A stretch of DNA of 64,000 nucleotides, taken from contig MU054120.1 in the NCBI GenBank assembly GCA_013239625.1, positions 124,001-188,000 on the forward strand, written 5' to 3'. Of the stretch, positions 14,721 to 28,400 are shown one piece after another. Each line of letters starts with the position of its first letter. Positions within the stretch are counted from its first letter, which is position 1. The DNA comes from Lama guanicoe (lineage: Eukaryota). Both the position numbers and the translations under genes were made by a program. Under the pieces are notes generated by a model. The model was not told the origin of the DNA. It worked only from the letters and a program-made list of their open reading frames with translations, and did no database searches.

Positions 14721-17159
14721 GTGCAGTAGTGAATCAAACAATACAAATTTATCATTTTACATTTCTATAGATGAGAAGTCTAACACAGGTGTCAGTGGGC
14801 TAAAATCAAGATGATGACTTCCCTGCATTTCTTCTTCAAACTATAGTATTTATTATCTTTTCCAGGTTCTAGAGGCTACTCACAATCCTTGGCTCACAGC
14901 TCCCGCTCTTCATCTTCAAATCCAGCAAGTGCAGGTAAGCTACTTGTCACCTCCTGTCTCTCTTCTTTTTCCTTCTGCCTCATGACATTGACCCATCAGA
15001 GAAAAGTTCTCCACATTTACAAACTTATGTAATTAGATTGGACCCACTATGATAATCCAGGACAGTCTTCCTTCTCAGAGTACCCTTAATCATCTGTACC
15101 CATACCCTTAATTACAGCTGCCAAGTCCTTTTTGTGATATACAATAATATTCACAGGTCCTGGCAATTAAGGCATGGACATCTTAGGGTTATTACTCGGG
15201 ACCTCAAAGATAGATATGTCCATCCACGTGTGAAATACATTTACTCCATTTCAAGGTCCCAAAAAGTCTCACTCACTACAGCATCAACTCAAATTTCCAA
15301 ATCACATCTAAATCTAAAGAATTCAAAATTCTCAATTCTCCTTATCTATAACATCCCAACTAGGTAGGGGTGAGGCTCTGGGTGTGATCCAACCCGGGGC
15401 ACAATTCCTTTCCATCTGTAGGACTGTGAAACTAAAGAAATAATTTGTCTGTTCCAAAAACGATGATGGGACAGGACCAAGGTAACAGTTACAAACATTC
15501 TGGTTCAAAAAGGGAGAAAATTAAAGAAAAAGCAGTCAGTAGTCAGTGGTAATTTCAAAATCCACCAGGCAAATTCCATTAGGTTTCAAAATTTGTAATA
15601 ACCCTCTATGGGCTTGAAATTCTGTCCTCTGGGCTTAAAATTCTACTTTCTAAGATATCCTTCCTTTTCCATGAGAAATACCTTGAGTTGACTGCTAAGA
15701 ATTTTTATTAGCCTGTTACTTGCCTATAGAATTTTGGAGGCTCTGGCAACTTTTTTCACTTGTTAATGTTTCTTTCCTTTTGGTCCAAGCTGGCGGTATT
15801 TCTGATATAAAATTCTCAAGAATTTTCTGGATCTCCTGTGTACATCGTGGGGATTCACTCCATAAAATAAGGGTCTCATCCACAGAAACTTCCTAGATAA
15901 TCCTTTATTTTTGGTTCTTCTGAGATGATTGAGAGGATCTGTGAGTCACACCACTAATCTTTTCAAAGACCCATTTGTGTGACTGAATATTCACCTTTTG
16001 GTTTTTCAAAATCATTAAGGAAAAGCTGAGCAAAGCCTCAGCTTTTTCTTAAAAGTATTCTTTTCTGATAGTGCACCTTTTAAGTGTAACATCTCTTGCA
16101 TCTAGGCAGGCTGAGAATTCCCAAATCATCAAGTCCTGTTTCCACTGTAATAGCTTTATCCTCAATTGATTTCTTTCATCTTGCATTTTACAAATAAGCA
16201 GCAAGGAGAGAAAAAAAATGACCACCTTCAACACTTTGTTTGCAAACTTTAGCTAACTAGCATTAATTCATTGCTTAAAAGTCCTGCAGGACACAATTTT
16301 ACTAATAAGTTTTCTGCCACTATGTAAAAAATATCCCCTTTTCTCCAGGTTCCAGTGACCTATTCCTTACTTCCTTCTGGGATTTCACGAGAAATGCTTT
16401 TAATGTCCATGAAGTTACTAACAGTCATTTCATGACTATTTAGGCTTCTGCTGGAGTGATTTTGATTTTCTCCTTAATGCTCCTTACTTCCTTTTGATTC
16501 CTCACTGGCTGTCAATGATGTTTATATTTCTACCAACAGTCGAGGTACGAGGCCGTCTGTACACTTCCTATCATGTTCCTCAACATTTTCCCAGCCTCTG
16601 CTAGCTGCCTGATTCCAAAGCCACTTTGCATTTTTAGGTATTTGTTATAGCAGCAGCCATCTTCCAGATGTTAAATACTGTATTAGCATTCTATTGCTGC
16701 TGTAACAAATTACCACCTACTTAGTGGCTTAAGCAGTACAAATTTATTATCTTACAGTTCTGTAGGTTAGAAGTCTGACATGGGTCTCACTGGGCTAACA
16801 TCCAGGTATCTTCAGGAGTGTGTTTCTTTGTAGAGGTCTAGAGAGCAGTCCATTACCCTGCCTTTCCATCATTCCTGGAGGTTGCCAGCTTCTCTTGGTC
16901 CATACCTCCTCTCCTTCACCTAAAAAGAAGCAACAGTAGGTTGATTTATGCTCACATCACATCACATTTCTTTAACCCAGCCTAGAAAGGTTCTCTATGT
17001 TTAAGGATTCATACAATTAGATTGGGCCCACCAGATAATCCAGAAGGATAATATTCTTTCTCAAGGTACACATCTTGATCCAGGCATTCTGCACATCCCC
17101 TTCTTGTGATGTAAGGTTAACATGAACTTCATTGTGCAGCCATCATTCTGCCTATCATA
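14721..17159 (-). mobile_element. MaLR (MLT1-type) provirus: LTR (~14721-15208) - internal (~15209-16678) - LTR (16679-17159)
   Basis: Two related MLT1 LTRs share caaattt..atc..ttaca..ttct.tag...agaagtct.aca..ggt.tca.tgggctaa and ttagattgg.cccac..gataatccag. The right LTR begins tgtattag...gctgctgtaacaaattaccac. The MaLR-int terminus (ccactttgcatttttaggtatttgttatagcagca) abuts it. Confidence 0.88.
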
Positions 17160-20100
17160 GCTTGTTTCCTAATATTTTTGTGAGTTTTATAGTTATTTGT
17201 AGCAGAAGAACTAGTCTGTTACTAGGTATTCCATCATGATCAGAAGTAATAAAAGAAGAAAGTAAATTTGTGGGGTAGTTTTATGTGATATAAAACTAAG
17301 CTCATGGTTTAAAATTCAAAGACATGCTTTTAGTTTTAAAAGATATGCCTTATCCTTATAGTCAAATGTAATTTCATTTTACTTGTTTATCACTTCATTT
17401 TACATATTAGATATTATTTTGAGAATGTTATATTTTATACTTTGAAAACTATGTTCATATATTATCTCACTCATCAGCAAAGGTTGAAATAATGAGAATT
17501 CCACAATGTAAAAATCTTTACAATTGGTGTGTAACTCCCAAGCTGAGGAATAAGAAATGATTGTAAATTATGTTTATGTTAATGCTATGTGACATTAGTC
17601 TGTATACCAATGGACAGAAATATTCACCATTTTGTCATGACCTGTCTTGAATAGACAAGTCTTGAATTCTGCAAAGACTTTGGCAAGGCAGACTTTTGCA
17701 TAAAATGTAACTGCCTCATACTAATAGAACAATTTGTTATCAAAATTAGTACTAAAGATGTCATAGAAAACATCTGAAACAGAAACATAAATAAAACGTA
17801 AAACTTATCTTATAATACGATAATGCATGTTTTGCATTGAAACTGTTCCAAGTGTTTGATTAGTGATTTGGAATAGAGGGAAAAATTGCAAAGCTACTTA
17901 AGAAATATGTGGAAAGCTGAAGAGAAGCTGGTATTATAAAAGTTTAATTGGTTAAAAAGTTAGAAAATGTTAATACATTAACGCTTACATATACCTGGAA
18001 GAAGAGCCAAGATAGCAAAGGGCAGCAATGTGCAAGTATCAGTCCAGTTAGTGCTGGAATTAAAACATAATTTTTGTACTGAACAAGCAAAACGAACTTG
18101 GAAAATCATGATGAAATAATAGAAGTGGAAAGCGTTAGATATTTTACATACGTAGAATAATTTCTGCCCCCGAATATTCTAGATTTATTATCAGTGATGC
18201 TTGCAAACACCAATGTGCTTTACTAAATTACAGAATAAATGTCATATTCTGGATTTTTAGAAGAATAAGTGAATTAGGAGAAGTGGCAAAATCAAGAGAC
18301 TAAACTGTTAATTATTGATTTTAATATGAAATTAATAGTCTTATTTAAGTATGTAGAGTTTTATGATTTATAAAATGTGTTCATAGTCTTCATTTTTTAA
18401 CAAGTCTATGAAGCAGCAAAGAAAAGGCTTAGGAAGATGTAAAGTTTACAGAAGAGTTTTTTTTTTTTTTTTGCTTCCAATTCCATTTTTAACTTTTAAT
18501 TCTTTGCTTTCAAACTTCCTAAAATAATGCAAGGATAGAGTCAGAAATGCCCTTAACATAACTAATCAAATGAGTACAAAAGCAACGAAGAACAGAACAT
18601 GCCAGTATTATTAAATAGCATATTTTGTGGAATCAAGGTACAGCAGGTAAAATTTATGACCAACTTATCTATTTATGCCAAGGAAATCTCTCACCTGAAT
18701 TCTTCCAGTGTTACACTTGAGACCACTTAAACACTTAAGCTATTATAAAATTTAATTTCAGATTTTAATTAAGAAGCTTAATGTTTTCCTTCATAGTCTC
18801 TACTCACAAGCTATGTAACTCCTTAGAGACTGACTGGATTGTGTATTTTTGGAGAATAGGGATAAAGGATATAATGTGGAAAATAAGTTGACCTAATTAT
18901 AATCACTGGGGTTAAGTCCATGAACCCATGCTGTATTTTAGTAGAGCTGATTCTCCAGGAAATCTTAAATCTGATAAAGTTCCTCCAAGGAATTGTCCTT
19001 CTCCAGGGTTTGATCCAAATTCAGGACAAGAGCTGTGTTTTATTTTTCCTCTTTCTTTTTCTCCCCCATTCTTGCTGCAGATTTGCAGGTAAGTAACAAT
19101 GATGGCTATACAATGAAGCATTTGGCATCCAAATAGTCGCAAGGGGCATGACTAGGAAGTTGGAAAGAAGGAAGAAGTGCTAACCGTCACAATACATCAT
19201 AAACACCATAATATGAAACTCTAAGAGGAATGGTTCTAAGAGATTCCTCTTCCCGCAGCACCTGCTCCTGGCCCCTTCATGAGAGGGCTCGCCTTGACAC
19301 GGTAACATTTGATTTCAGTCCAATTTCCACTTTAAGAGGAGACAATAAAAAATGAAAATCTTTCTAAAAGTAAGAGAGAAATTAATATCTAGGTATATAT
19401 TATCATATGTCAGGAGAATACACTTTGATGTCATCGGAAAACGATAGCAATAAAGTCATTCAACTTGGGGAGTGTTTCATCCTGCTCAGACGGCAGACCA
19501 GCTGGGAATCTGTGTCCCTTTTACCTACAGATTTCACTACAGGATGAGAGAGAATGTTTCTATCAAGTTTCCTGAACATACACATTAAGAAGTAAGACTA
19601 AAACTTCCATTGCAGTGATCAATTTAACCCAGAATTGGCCTACATCATCAGCATTTGTTAGTTTGTTTGTTTGATTTTCCAGCAACAGTGCTGCAAGGTG
19701 AATGTCCTACTGACATTATGCCAACATATTTTAAGTTGAGCTCTTTGGGAAAAGAGACAGTTTTTTTTTCATTTATTTTTTAAAAATTATTTTTACCTAC
19801 CTTTAAATATATGATATCTGAAATGAAATAATGTTAATATTCATACAAGTACCTAAGTCATGACAAAAAGTTATATATTAAAAAACTACCCATTTCCTAA
19901 GTTGACTGAATTTGCATTTGTAAAGTTATTCTTTCTTTCCCTTTGAGATCAGCTTCTTTACAATGGCTTCATGTCAATGAGGTACATTCATATCTTTGCT
20001 GTGGCATCGGTAATTTAAAATATTTATGAATTTATTGGTACTATACTAAGACTTGAACACAATATATATTTCATGTATCTTCATTTATAAATTTATAAAC

Positions 20101-22599
20101 AGTTTTTTAATATAAAAAAGTCAAGTAAATCTCACCAAATGAGACTATAAGGAGACATTCAAAAAAAAATTCCATATATGTGCCTCTGCTGATGACCGCA
20201 CGTAAGACCTTATTCTAGATTAAACGTGCACTTTCCTTTGGTGCTGAGATTGTCAGCACTATATACGGTGCTGTACAGTCAGACAGTTCAGGGAAGGAAG
20301 CTCTTAGGCGAAACAAACAAGAATAGGAACCAACCACACACCAGGGTGCTCTAGTCACGACACTGCGTCCATCCCTCAGCTATGAGTCGGTCAGGTTCCA
20401 ACGCAAGAGGCTTCACCTCTGCCGCATCCAGTCAGCTAGCTGGTTCTTTAATTGTGCTTGAAGGAGAAATGCTGTCCCCCACCCCAGCCCGAATGAGACA
20501 ACCTCATCATTCCAGTCAAGTCTGTATCTAAGTGTCCTTTGAATTTACCTGATGGAAGGGTCCCAGTGAGGAGTCCAGCTCCGGGGCAAAATTCCACGTG
20601 TGATTTTTCAGGCCCAACTCTTGGCAGTTGTAAAGGCTTTACCTGGCCGGCCTCACAGGGGAAAGCCAGAGCTGGTGGGCAAGCAGTGAACTGCGGTCCC
20701 TGAAGGGAGCTGCTGTCCAGAACTCAGGCCCCGCTGGCTGGCCGTGCTCATGTGCATATCTGCATCCCTAGCCAGACACCTTCATTCAGGGCCCACTTTA
20801 TCTGAGTACTTTGCAGAGAGGCCTTCCTCAGGCACCTCTTGAAGTCTCCTTACTGGGCGAAGGGCTAGAGGAGAAACCTGAAGACCCTCTTCTTCACTCC
20901 GAGTCAGAACTCAGTACTTCTCCACTCCTCGCTCTCCCTCCTCACCATCACCTCTGCCCCCTGGGGTTCATCCAACTGCAGCTACCTTTTGTTTGGAGTT
21001 CTCTCAACAGTGGGACATCCCCCATAGCTATGCTGTCCACCTGCGGGTCATTTCATGAAGGGAGATGGAGGGAGGGGAGGGGAGAAGTGCCACTTCCTCT
21101 GGGTCAGACTTTGATTATACAATCACAGTAAGGGATCAGAGGCTTGAGTATGACTTTGTTTGTGGCTTGTCGCTTTAGTCAGCTACTTCTGCAGCTGGCA
21201 GCACAGCGCTCTGCAGCACGGCTGGGCTCCTGCCTGACATCTGGGACTTCTGCTCCTCATAGATACAAGAGAGGCTAACAATTCCAGTGTTCTGAGTTTC
21301 ATCATAGCAGAATGGATGACCAACGTGGGAAACTGCCAACACATTCAGGAAACATATTTTAAAGTGCTAGGTAGATATTAATGAAAGTAATAAAGTTTTA
21401 AATAATGACTCATGAAGCAGCTACTGTGAGTAATACACCACAGTGGCAGATACAAACAGCATGGATGCCACTCTTCACCATGTCCCTTGATGTCACTCTT
21501 ATTATTATGACCGTCCATTTGTAAGAGAAATGGAGTTCAGACAGGCTAACTGCCAAAGTGACAAAGTTAGTTTCAGAATTAAGAGTTCAAATAAATTCTG
21601 TTCTTCAAAGTGTCCCTCCCCCCCCTTTTGGTCTACTGCAGTATTGCCTTTCTAACAGTCGTATACTCAACAGTTCAACTGAAATGTTAATATTTCTTGA
21701 TAAGTAGATGCCGACCTTCAGGGCTAGTCTAAAATTAACTCATCTGCTTTTCTTCTAAAATTTTTTAGACTATCTTGTCCAAGTTTCCGAAACCTGTTTT
21801 TCATGAGTTAACACTATTTACTGTTTCTGATTTTCTTTGAAGACCTAAAGCTGAAACGTAAGATAGGTGGGCTTTGGCGTGTCAGATAGGTCTTAATTCT
21901 GAATTACTGAACCAGTGAGCCAGTCAATTTAAAAAAACCAATAATAAGTAGAAAAAGATAGAAGGAGAGAAAAGGTCAAGAACATTTTTTTTTCTTTACA
22001 AGTGTACTTGTTTCTGCAAATGGTCCCAATGAATCATTTCAAAATTGAACAAGAAGCAGATGTCAGTTAATTAGAGAGCTGAGTTTAATGACATGGTTGC
22101 ATAGGGATGACACAGAAAACATCTGTGTTCTAGTACCTAGCATTAATTTAATTTCTTTACATGAATCGTTTACATTTTTCTTCATTTTCAATAAATTGTT
22201 TTTCACCACACAGAATAACATTATAGTAGTGAAATTGTTGCCATCGAAAGAGACCACTGTCAGGCTGCCTCTGCAGCCATCACTAGGTGAGTTCTGTGTT
22301 CTCAAAGGGAACCAAATACAGAAATAACATGCAGCAGTAGATTAATTGTACAAGGTACAGACATTGCATTCTGTCTGCCATGTGAGGCGACTTAAGGATT
22401 AGTAGGACTAATGAGTCATCCCATTTGCAACCGTGAAGTGTCAGTTTAGGATCTGAGCTTCTTCAGATTTCATTTGACTCTCCCTTTGCCCCATAGCACT
22501 TGTGAAATACAGCCTAGGAACCAGAGTAGTGCTTCATGTCTAAGAAGTGTATTTGGATAAATAATACAGTTTTAACTCTCATTAACAAGTCTAACTTAA

Positions 22600-22840
22600 T
22601 TGACTACTTACCATGTGTCAGGCCCCGATTAAAGCACTTTAAATATAATATTTCTTTTGGTCCTTTAATAATCTCATAAGACAGTTTTGACTATCCACAT
22701 TTGTAAATGAAGAAACTAAGTTTAGTAAGGTTATGATAAACTGCTATGAGTCGCAAAGTTAGCAAGTAACAAAGCTGTATTAAGAATAAGGACTTTTCTT
22801 ATCTTATCATTTGCCTTTGGCCTCTGAGTCCACTGCCTTT
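22600..22840 (-). mobile_element. MIR SINE
   Basis: ttgactacttaccatgtgtcaggc...aagcacttta...ccacatttgtaaatgaagaaactaag. Confidence 0.7.
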
Positions 22841-22857
22841 GAGAAATTTACCCTATA

Positions 22858-24539
22858 CAAGTGTAACTCGTTTTATTACACTTCACTTGATTGTGCTTTG
22901 CAGGTATTGTACTGTTCACAAAGTGAAGGTGAGTGGCAGCACTGCATTGAGCAAATCTAGATTGCCATTTTGTCCATAGCATGCACTCACTTCATGTCTG
23001 TGTGACACATTTTGGTAATTCTTGCAGTGTTTCAGTGTTTTTATTATTACTATATTTGGTATGGTGATTTGTGAACATTGATTTTTATGTTACTGTTGTA
23101 ATTGTTTTGGGGCCCTAGGATTGGCAAAATGGCAAATAAGCATTGGCTTCAACTTAAAATCACCGACTGTATTAGACCCTAATGAGAGTCAACCTATCCT
23201 TTGAAGCTTTGAAGCCAGATATTGACTTTGCTTCTCTAGCTATGAAAGTCCTGGATGGCATCTGCTTCCAAAGTAAGGATGAGAGCATATCAGTCTATAA
23301 CATGGTTTATTGAATAGCCTAAGCCCACTGTTGAGACCTACTTCTCTTTTCAAAATAGTACTGCTCGCTGGCAGTGCACCTGGTTGCCCAAGAGCGCTGA
23401 TGGAGACGTACAAAGAGAGTCAGGTTGTTTTCATGCCTGCTAACACAGCACTGTTATGTAGCTCATGGATCAAGGAGCTAGATCATCTTATTATTTTAGA
23501 TTACTCTTCTTAAGGTTATAGCTTTCGTAGATAGAGATTCCTCTGATAGTCCTGGGAAAAGTCCATTGAAAACCTTCTGGAAAGGACTTACCATTCTAGA
23601 TGCAATTAAAGACATTTGTGATTCACTGGAAGAGGTCAAAATATCAACATTAAGAGGAGTTTGAAGAAGTTGGTTCCAGCCTTCATGGATGACTTTGAAA
23701 GGAGACTTCAGTAGAGAAAATAACTGCAGATGTGCTGGAAATAGCAAGAGAACTAGAATTAGAAGTGGAGCCTGGAGATGTGACTGAATTACTGCAATTT
23801 CATGATAAAACTTGAACAGATGAGGAGTTGCTTCTTATAGATGAGCAAAGAAAGTGGTTTCTTGAGATGGAAACTACTCCTGCTGAAGAAACCTTGAGGA
23901 TTATTGAAATGACAGCAAAGGATTTAGAATATTACATAAACTTGACAAAGCAGTGGCAGGGTTTGAGAGTACTGACTCAAAGAAGTTCTACTATGGGTAA
24001 AATGTTATCAAGCAGCACCATATGCTACAGAGAAATTGTTGGTGAAGGAAAGAATCAATTGATGTGGCAAACTTCATGTCATCTTATTTTAGGAAATTGC
24101 CACAGCCAACCCAGCCTTCAGCTGGTCTCATCAATTAGCAGCCATCAACCCTGAGATAAGACCCTCCAAAAAAAAAAAAAAAAAAAAAAAAAGATTACGA
24201 CTCACTAAAGGCTCAGATGATGATTAGCTTGTTTTAGCAATAAAGTATCTTTAAATCAGGGTATGTTCTTTTTTTTTTAGACATTGCCATTGTATGCTTA
24301 ATAGACTACAGAATAACTAAACATGGCTTTTTTTTAATGCACATCTCTTTGCAAATAGGAAGTTGTTTCAACTAGAAATTCCTTTTCTTTGAGATATTGG
24401 AGTCCCAGTTTTCAGGAACTACACTTGGGGACCCAATCACCAGGAAAGTGACCAAGACTACACTTTTTAAACTCACTTTATTGTGATATTCACTTTATTA
24501 TGGTGGTCTGGGACTGCCACATATCTTGAGCTATGCCTG
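22858..24539 (+). mobile_element. Tigger1 (TcMar-pogo) DNA transposon, internally deleted and rearranged
   Basis: Termini caagtgtaactcgttttatt... and ...atatcttgagctatgcctg, each flanked by TA (22856-57, 24540-41). Internal transposase-derived peptides (VVFMPANT, EQRKWFLEME, MTAKDLEYYINL). Confidence 0.92.
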
Positions 24540-24705
24540 TATACAAGACAATTCCTATCTACTTTCCTTCTTTTAGTTATTGCAAGTCCATTGACTATAG
24601 AACTCAGGACAATTCAACTTACTTTCTCAAGTTATTCCAGAGTCATTGTCTGGATCTAATTTTCAATACATATTTCAGGTGTCATGAGAAGTTGGGCCAA
24701 CATCA

Positions 24706-25480
24706 CAGAAAAAGCTTTTGATAAAGTTCAACAACCGTTTATGACAGATACAGTAATCAGCAGCATTTCTATGCACTAACAACAAAATATCAGAAAAAGA
24801 AATTAAGGAAACAATCCCATTTACTATCACATCAAAATGAATAAAACACCTAGGAATAAACCTACCAAAGGGGGCAAAGAACCTGTACTCTGAAAACTAT
24901 AAGACACTGATGAAAGAAATGGAAGATGACACGAACAGATGGAAAGATGTACTGTGTTCTTGGACTGGAAGAATCAGTATTGTTAAAATGGCCATACTAC
25001 CCAAGGCAATATACAGATTCAATGCAATCCTTATCAAATTACCAATGACATTTTTCACAGAACTGGAACAAAAAATAATTTAATTTGTATAGAAACACAA
25101 AAGATCCCAAATAGCCAAAACAACCCTAAAAAAGAAGGATGAGTGGGAGGACTCACACCCCCTGACTTTAGACTATATTTCAAAGCTACAGTCATCAAAA
25201 CAGTGTGGTACTGGCACAAATACAGACACATAGATTAATGGAACAGGATAGAAAGTCCAGAAATAAACCTACATACACACTTATGGTCAATTAATCTACA
25301 ACAAAGGAGGCAAGAATATATGATGGAGAAAAGACAGTGTCTTCAGTAAGTGATACCGGGAAAACTGGACACTACATATGAAAGAATGAAATTCGAACAT
25401 TCTGTAACACCAAATACAAAAATAAACTTAAAATGGATTAAAGACCTAAATGTAAGACTGGATACTTTAAAACTCTTAGT
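24706..25480 (+). mobile_element. L1 ORF2 (RT region) internal fragment lacking both ends
   Basis: cagaaaaagcttttgataaagttcaaca (AEKAFDKVQ), tacagattcaatgcaatcc (YRFNAI), gtgtggtactggcac (VWYWH); ends at aaactcttag with no 3'UTR or polyA. Confidence 0.92.
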
Positions 25481-28400
25481 ATGTGGCACATGTGGTGCAT
25501 TCAGATAATGGAGTGGTGAAAAGGGATAAAAAATGTTGCTATACACTTATATGAAGAACTACAGCATATCTCTCTTTTGCAATTCTTTTTGCCAAACTAA
25601 TAAGTGTAGTGTATCTTCTTGTAATATGGCCAGGGAAAACGTGCAAAACATTACTTCCTATTGGAATGCCATGCAAATAGTCTTGAGATCCTGGGTATTT
25701 AGACTGAGTAATTCTTTCATTGAGCATTATGAAATGGTCTTAATACATTTTATATGTTAATTAAGTAATTTATTTATTCACTTAATAATCACACAATGTA
25801 ATACTGAACAGAACTCAGACTTTAGCCTTATCTGTTCATTTTATAGATGAAAAAAACTAAGGACTGAGGGTGGTACCACATTTCTGTAACATTTTAATTT
25901 AAGAATCATATCTATAATGACTAGGCTGTATTTTTTTTAACCTTTTTTGAGGTATGCACATGAAACACTAGATCCTTGAAAAGATGGAAAGTCAAACTTT
26001 AAAAAAATCACCTTGCAACATATATATAAAAGTGCCCTACAAGTAATATATATTCTATAAATATTGTTCTGCTCCTCCGTTTTTCTCCATTAACCATCTC
26101 TTCCGTCTCCTCATCACTTTTGTTTTAAACTCTGATGATGTCTTTGATTAGATGTGAACTCTTCTTTAGGTTCCTTCAGTTTTTAGTGGTACAACTGGTT
26201 TCCATAGACTTTTCTTGGGTGCTGCAGTTTTTTCTACCTCATATCTTCTCACTGGTTCGGGAATTCTGAGATTGTCTCTTTATTCAACTAAGCCATGATT
26301 GAAAAGTTTTAGGAGGTCCCACCTCACAAAAGGACAGAGCAGTCAGGCTGCACTTTCTTAAGAGAAAGTGTACCTTACCAGTAATATTTCCTTATGTCTT
26401 ACTGCCCCTGGGCTGCCTACAGCTGAGTGCTGAGTTGGCCTTCGTCTTTAGACTTAACGACATTTTCTCGTCAAATATATTCCTTCTAGAAAGATAACTT
26501 CTCTGGTCTTATAATATTTGTGAATCCAAATATGGCACATATTCACCATAGATTTGTACTTAACTCACAAATTTGAGTGGGGGAAATGTGAAAACATGAG
26601 TAAATGGGTAGCGATATAACATTTAGTCACAGGACATTATTTATTACTTGCAAGAGAATCTTAGCATCCTAATTAATGTATTTTAAGTCTCATGCAAACC
26701 TACAGTAGGACCAGTTCAATGTTTGGAATAAGACTTTAGCCAACATGTAGCATAGATTCCAACAAATATCTGGAATCAAAATGCACTACCCTCCTTACTG
26801 CCCTCCTTTACACTTAATTTGAATTGTCTACTTTGTCCCATCTCAAGGGGGGAAGGTAGGTGATATAGTGGTAACCCTGCTAGCACTTTTTGGCAACCCA
26901 GTGAGCACAGAGTGACATTCTGCTATATTAAGTGTGAAGGCTTTGCAACTGGGAGTGTGTTACTAAGGAAATTTGTGACACTGTGGATTACGTGTGAAGC
27001 ATCAACTTGGTCCCCAAGATACTGTAAAATTAATACTTTTTTTTTTAACAAAGACACCTGGACACCAAAGCCAATTTGTGTGAGCTCTGTATTTCTTATA
27101 TCATTCTGCTATTCTATTCTTGCTGTTGCTATAAATAGCATCACATATGAATGGCAGTTTCACAGTCTAAAAAGTTTGGGTATTTGCATCTATTTAATGC
27201 ATCCTTCAAAGTCTCAAGGAAGTGACAAAATAATTACATCTTGCTTTACCCATAATGTAAAGATAATTTATTTGGTACCTCTAGTTCATCTGAAGATGTT
27301 AGTAATATCATGGATGGATTATCAAAAAGCAGATATAAAATAATCTATAATTATTATAAGGAAGAACTTAAGAAAATGATTTTACAAATGAAAAAGTTAC
27401 ATTAAAAAACTAAAACACTTTCTAAAGTGAATCAGGATATTTTGTCAAGACAAAGAGAATTTCAAAAAGACAGTTTAATTGAGATTAAGATGTATTTTTC
27501 TTTTGAACTAAGACATTCTCTTTCAAAGATTTCTATGATTGCTTGCCTGACTCTCTGTAACTTCCTAATATATCACAAAAGATGTTTTCAAGGATTTTTA
27601 CCCATTAACTTTTCATCTTGACTCAGTTACTGCTGAAGAACTACTATATGTTTATTACTATTAACAACTTCTAAGCATTAATGGTAAAACCTCAGTGACT
27701 CAGTATATAGATTTCTAAATTATAAATTGAATTCTCTGAATCTTTACTGAAAATCTGACAGTGTCCTAGAGGTAGGGGTGGTATTTCCAAACTAGGGCAA
27801 AGTCACATCCTCATCTGTACACATTTGCTAAGAGGGCAGATGCTTTCCACAAACGCATCTTGAGAAGTTGATCCATTTGGCTACTGGAAAAAGCAATTCT
27901 AAACACACTTACTAATATTCTTTTCATAAATGGACAGAATAACTAGCAGGCCATAGAAATACAATCTATTTAATTCATTTAAACTCTAATAATCACCCCA
28001 TTATTTTTAATGTCATTCAACTAAATGTAAAACATTTAAAATTTGATGATTTCTAAGTTTTTTTTAGTATCATTAAATTGAAATGAGCCCTACATATAAG
28101 CACATTAACTTAACAAATACTTTTTTATCACCTATTGTTTGCTAGATATTGCTTGATATGTAGATTATTTGCAGATACTTGTATATTTGTTTGTTTTTTT
28201 TTCTGCAATAATGCTGGTTTAAAAACAAAAACTCCAGGGTCTCAGAGGATTACATCAAGAAAGTGTATGCCATATTCACAGTATTACAGGTTAGTTGCAG
28301 CTTTGCTGATAATCAGATGGACTGAGATTGACCTAGTTGGCCGAGGTGGAACTGGAGTTTGGGTTAGGAACTACTTCCATGTAGCTTCATTCCTGGAATC

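Larger units (their letters stand above)
12640..17248 (-). mobile_element. Ancient L1M (L1MC/ME-type) 5'UTR + ORF1 region, interrupted by a MaLR provirus and a 129-bp insertion
   Basis: T-rich reverse ORF1-like sequence at 12.9-13.8 kb (ttcactgatcccttcttctgcagtgtccaacttactgttaagccc). The 5'UTR-like sequence up to ...gaaaacagtt (14720) resumes at 17160 (gcttgtttcctaatattttt...ccatcatgatcagaagt), matching the recalled L1M 5' terminus. Confidence 0.7.

Noticed and set aside
20240..20260. Inverted repeat tgctga-N5-tcagca as a Maf (MARE) or REST site
   Set aside because: The spacer does not fit MARE (1-2 nt), and the REST right half-site is absent.
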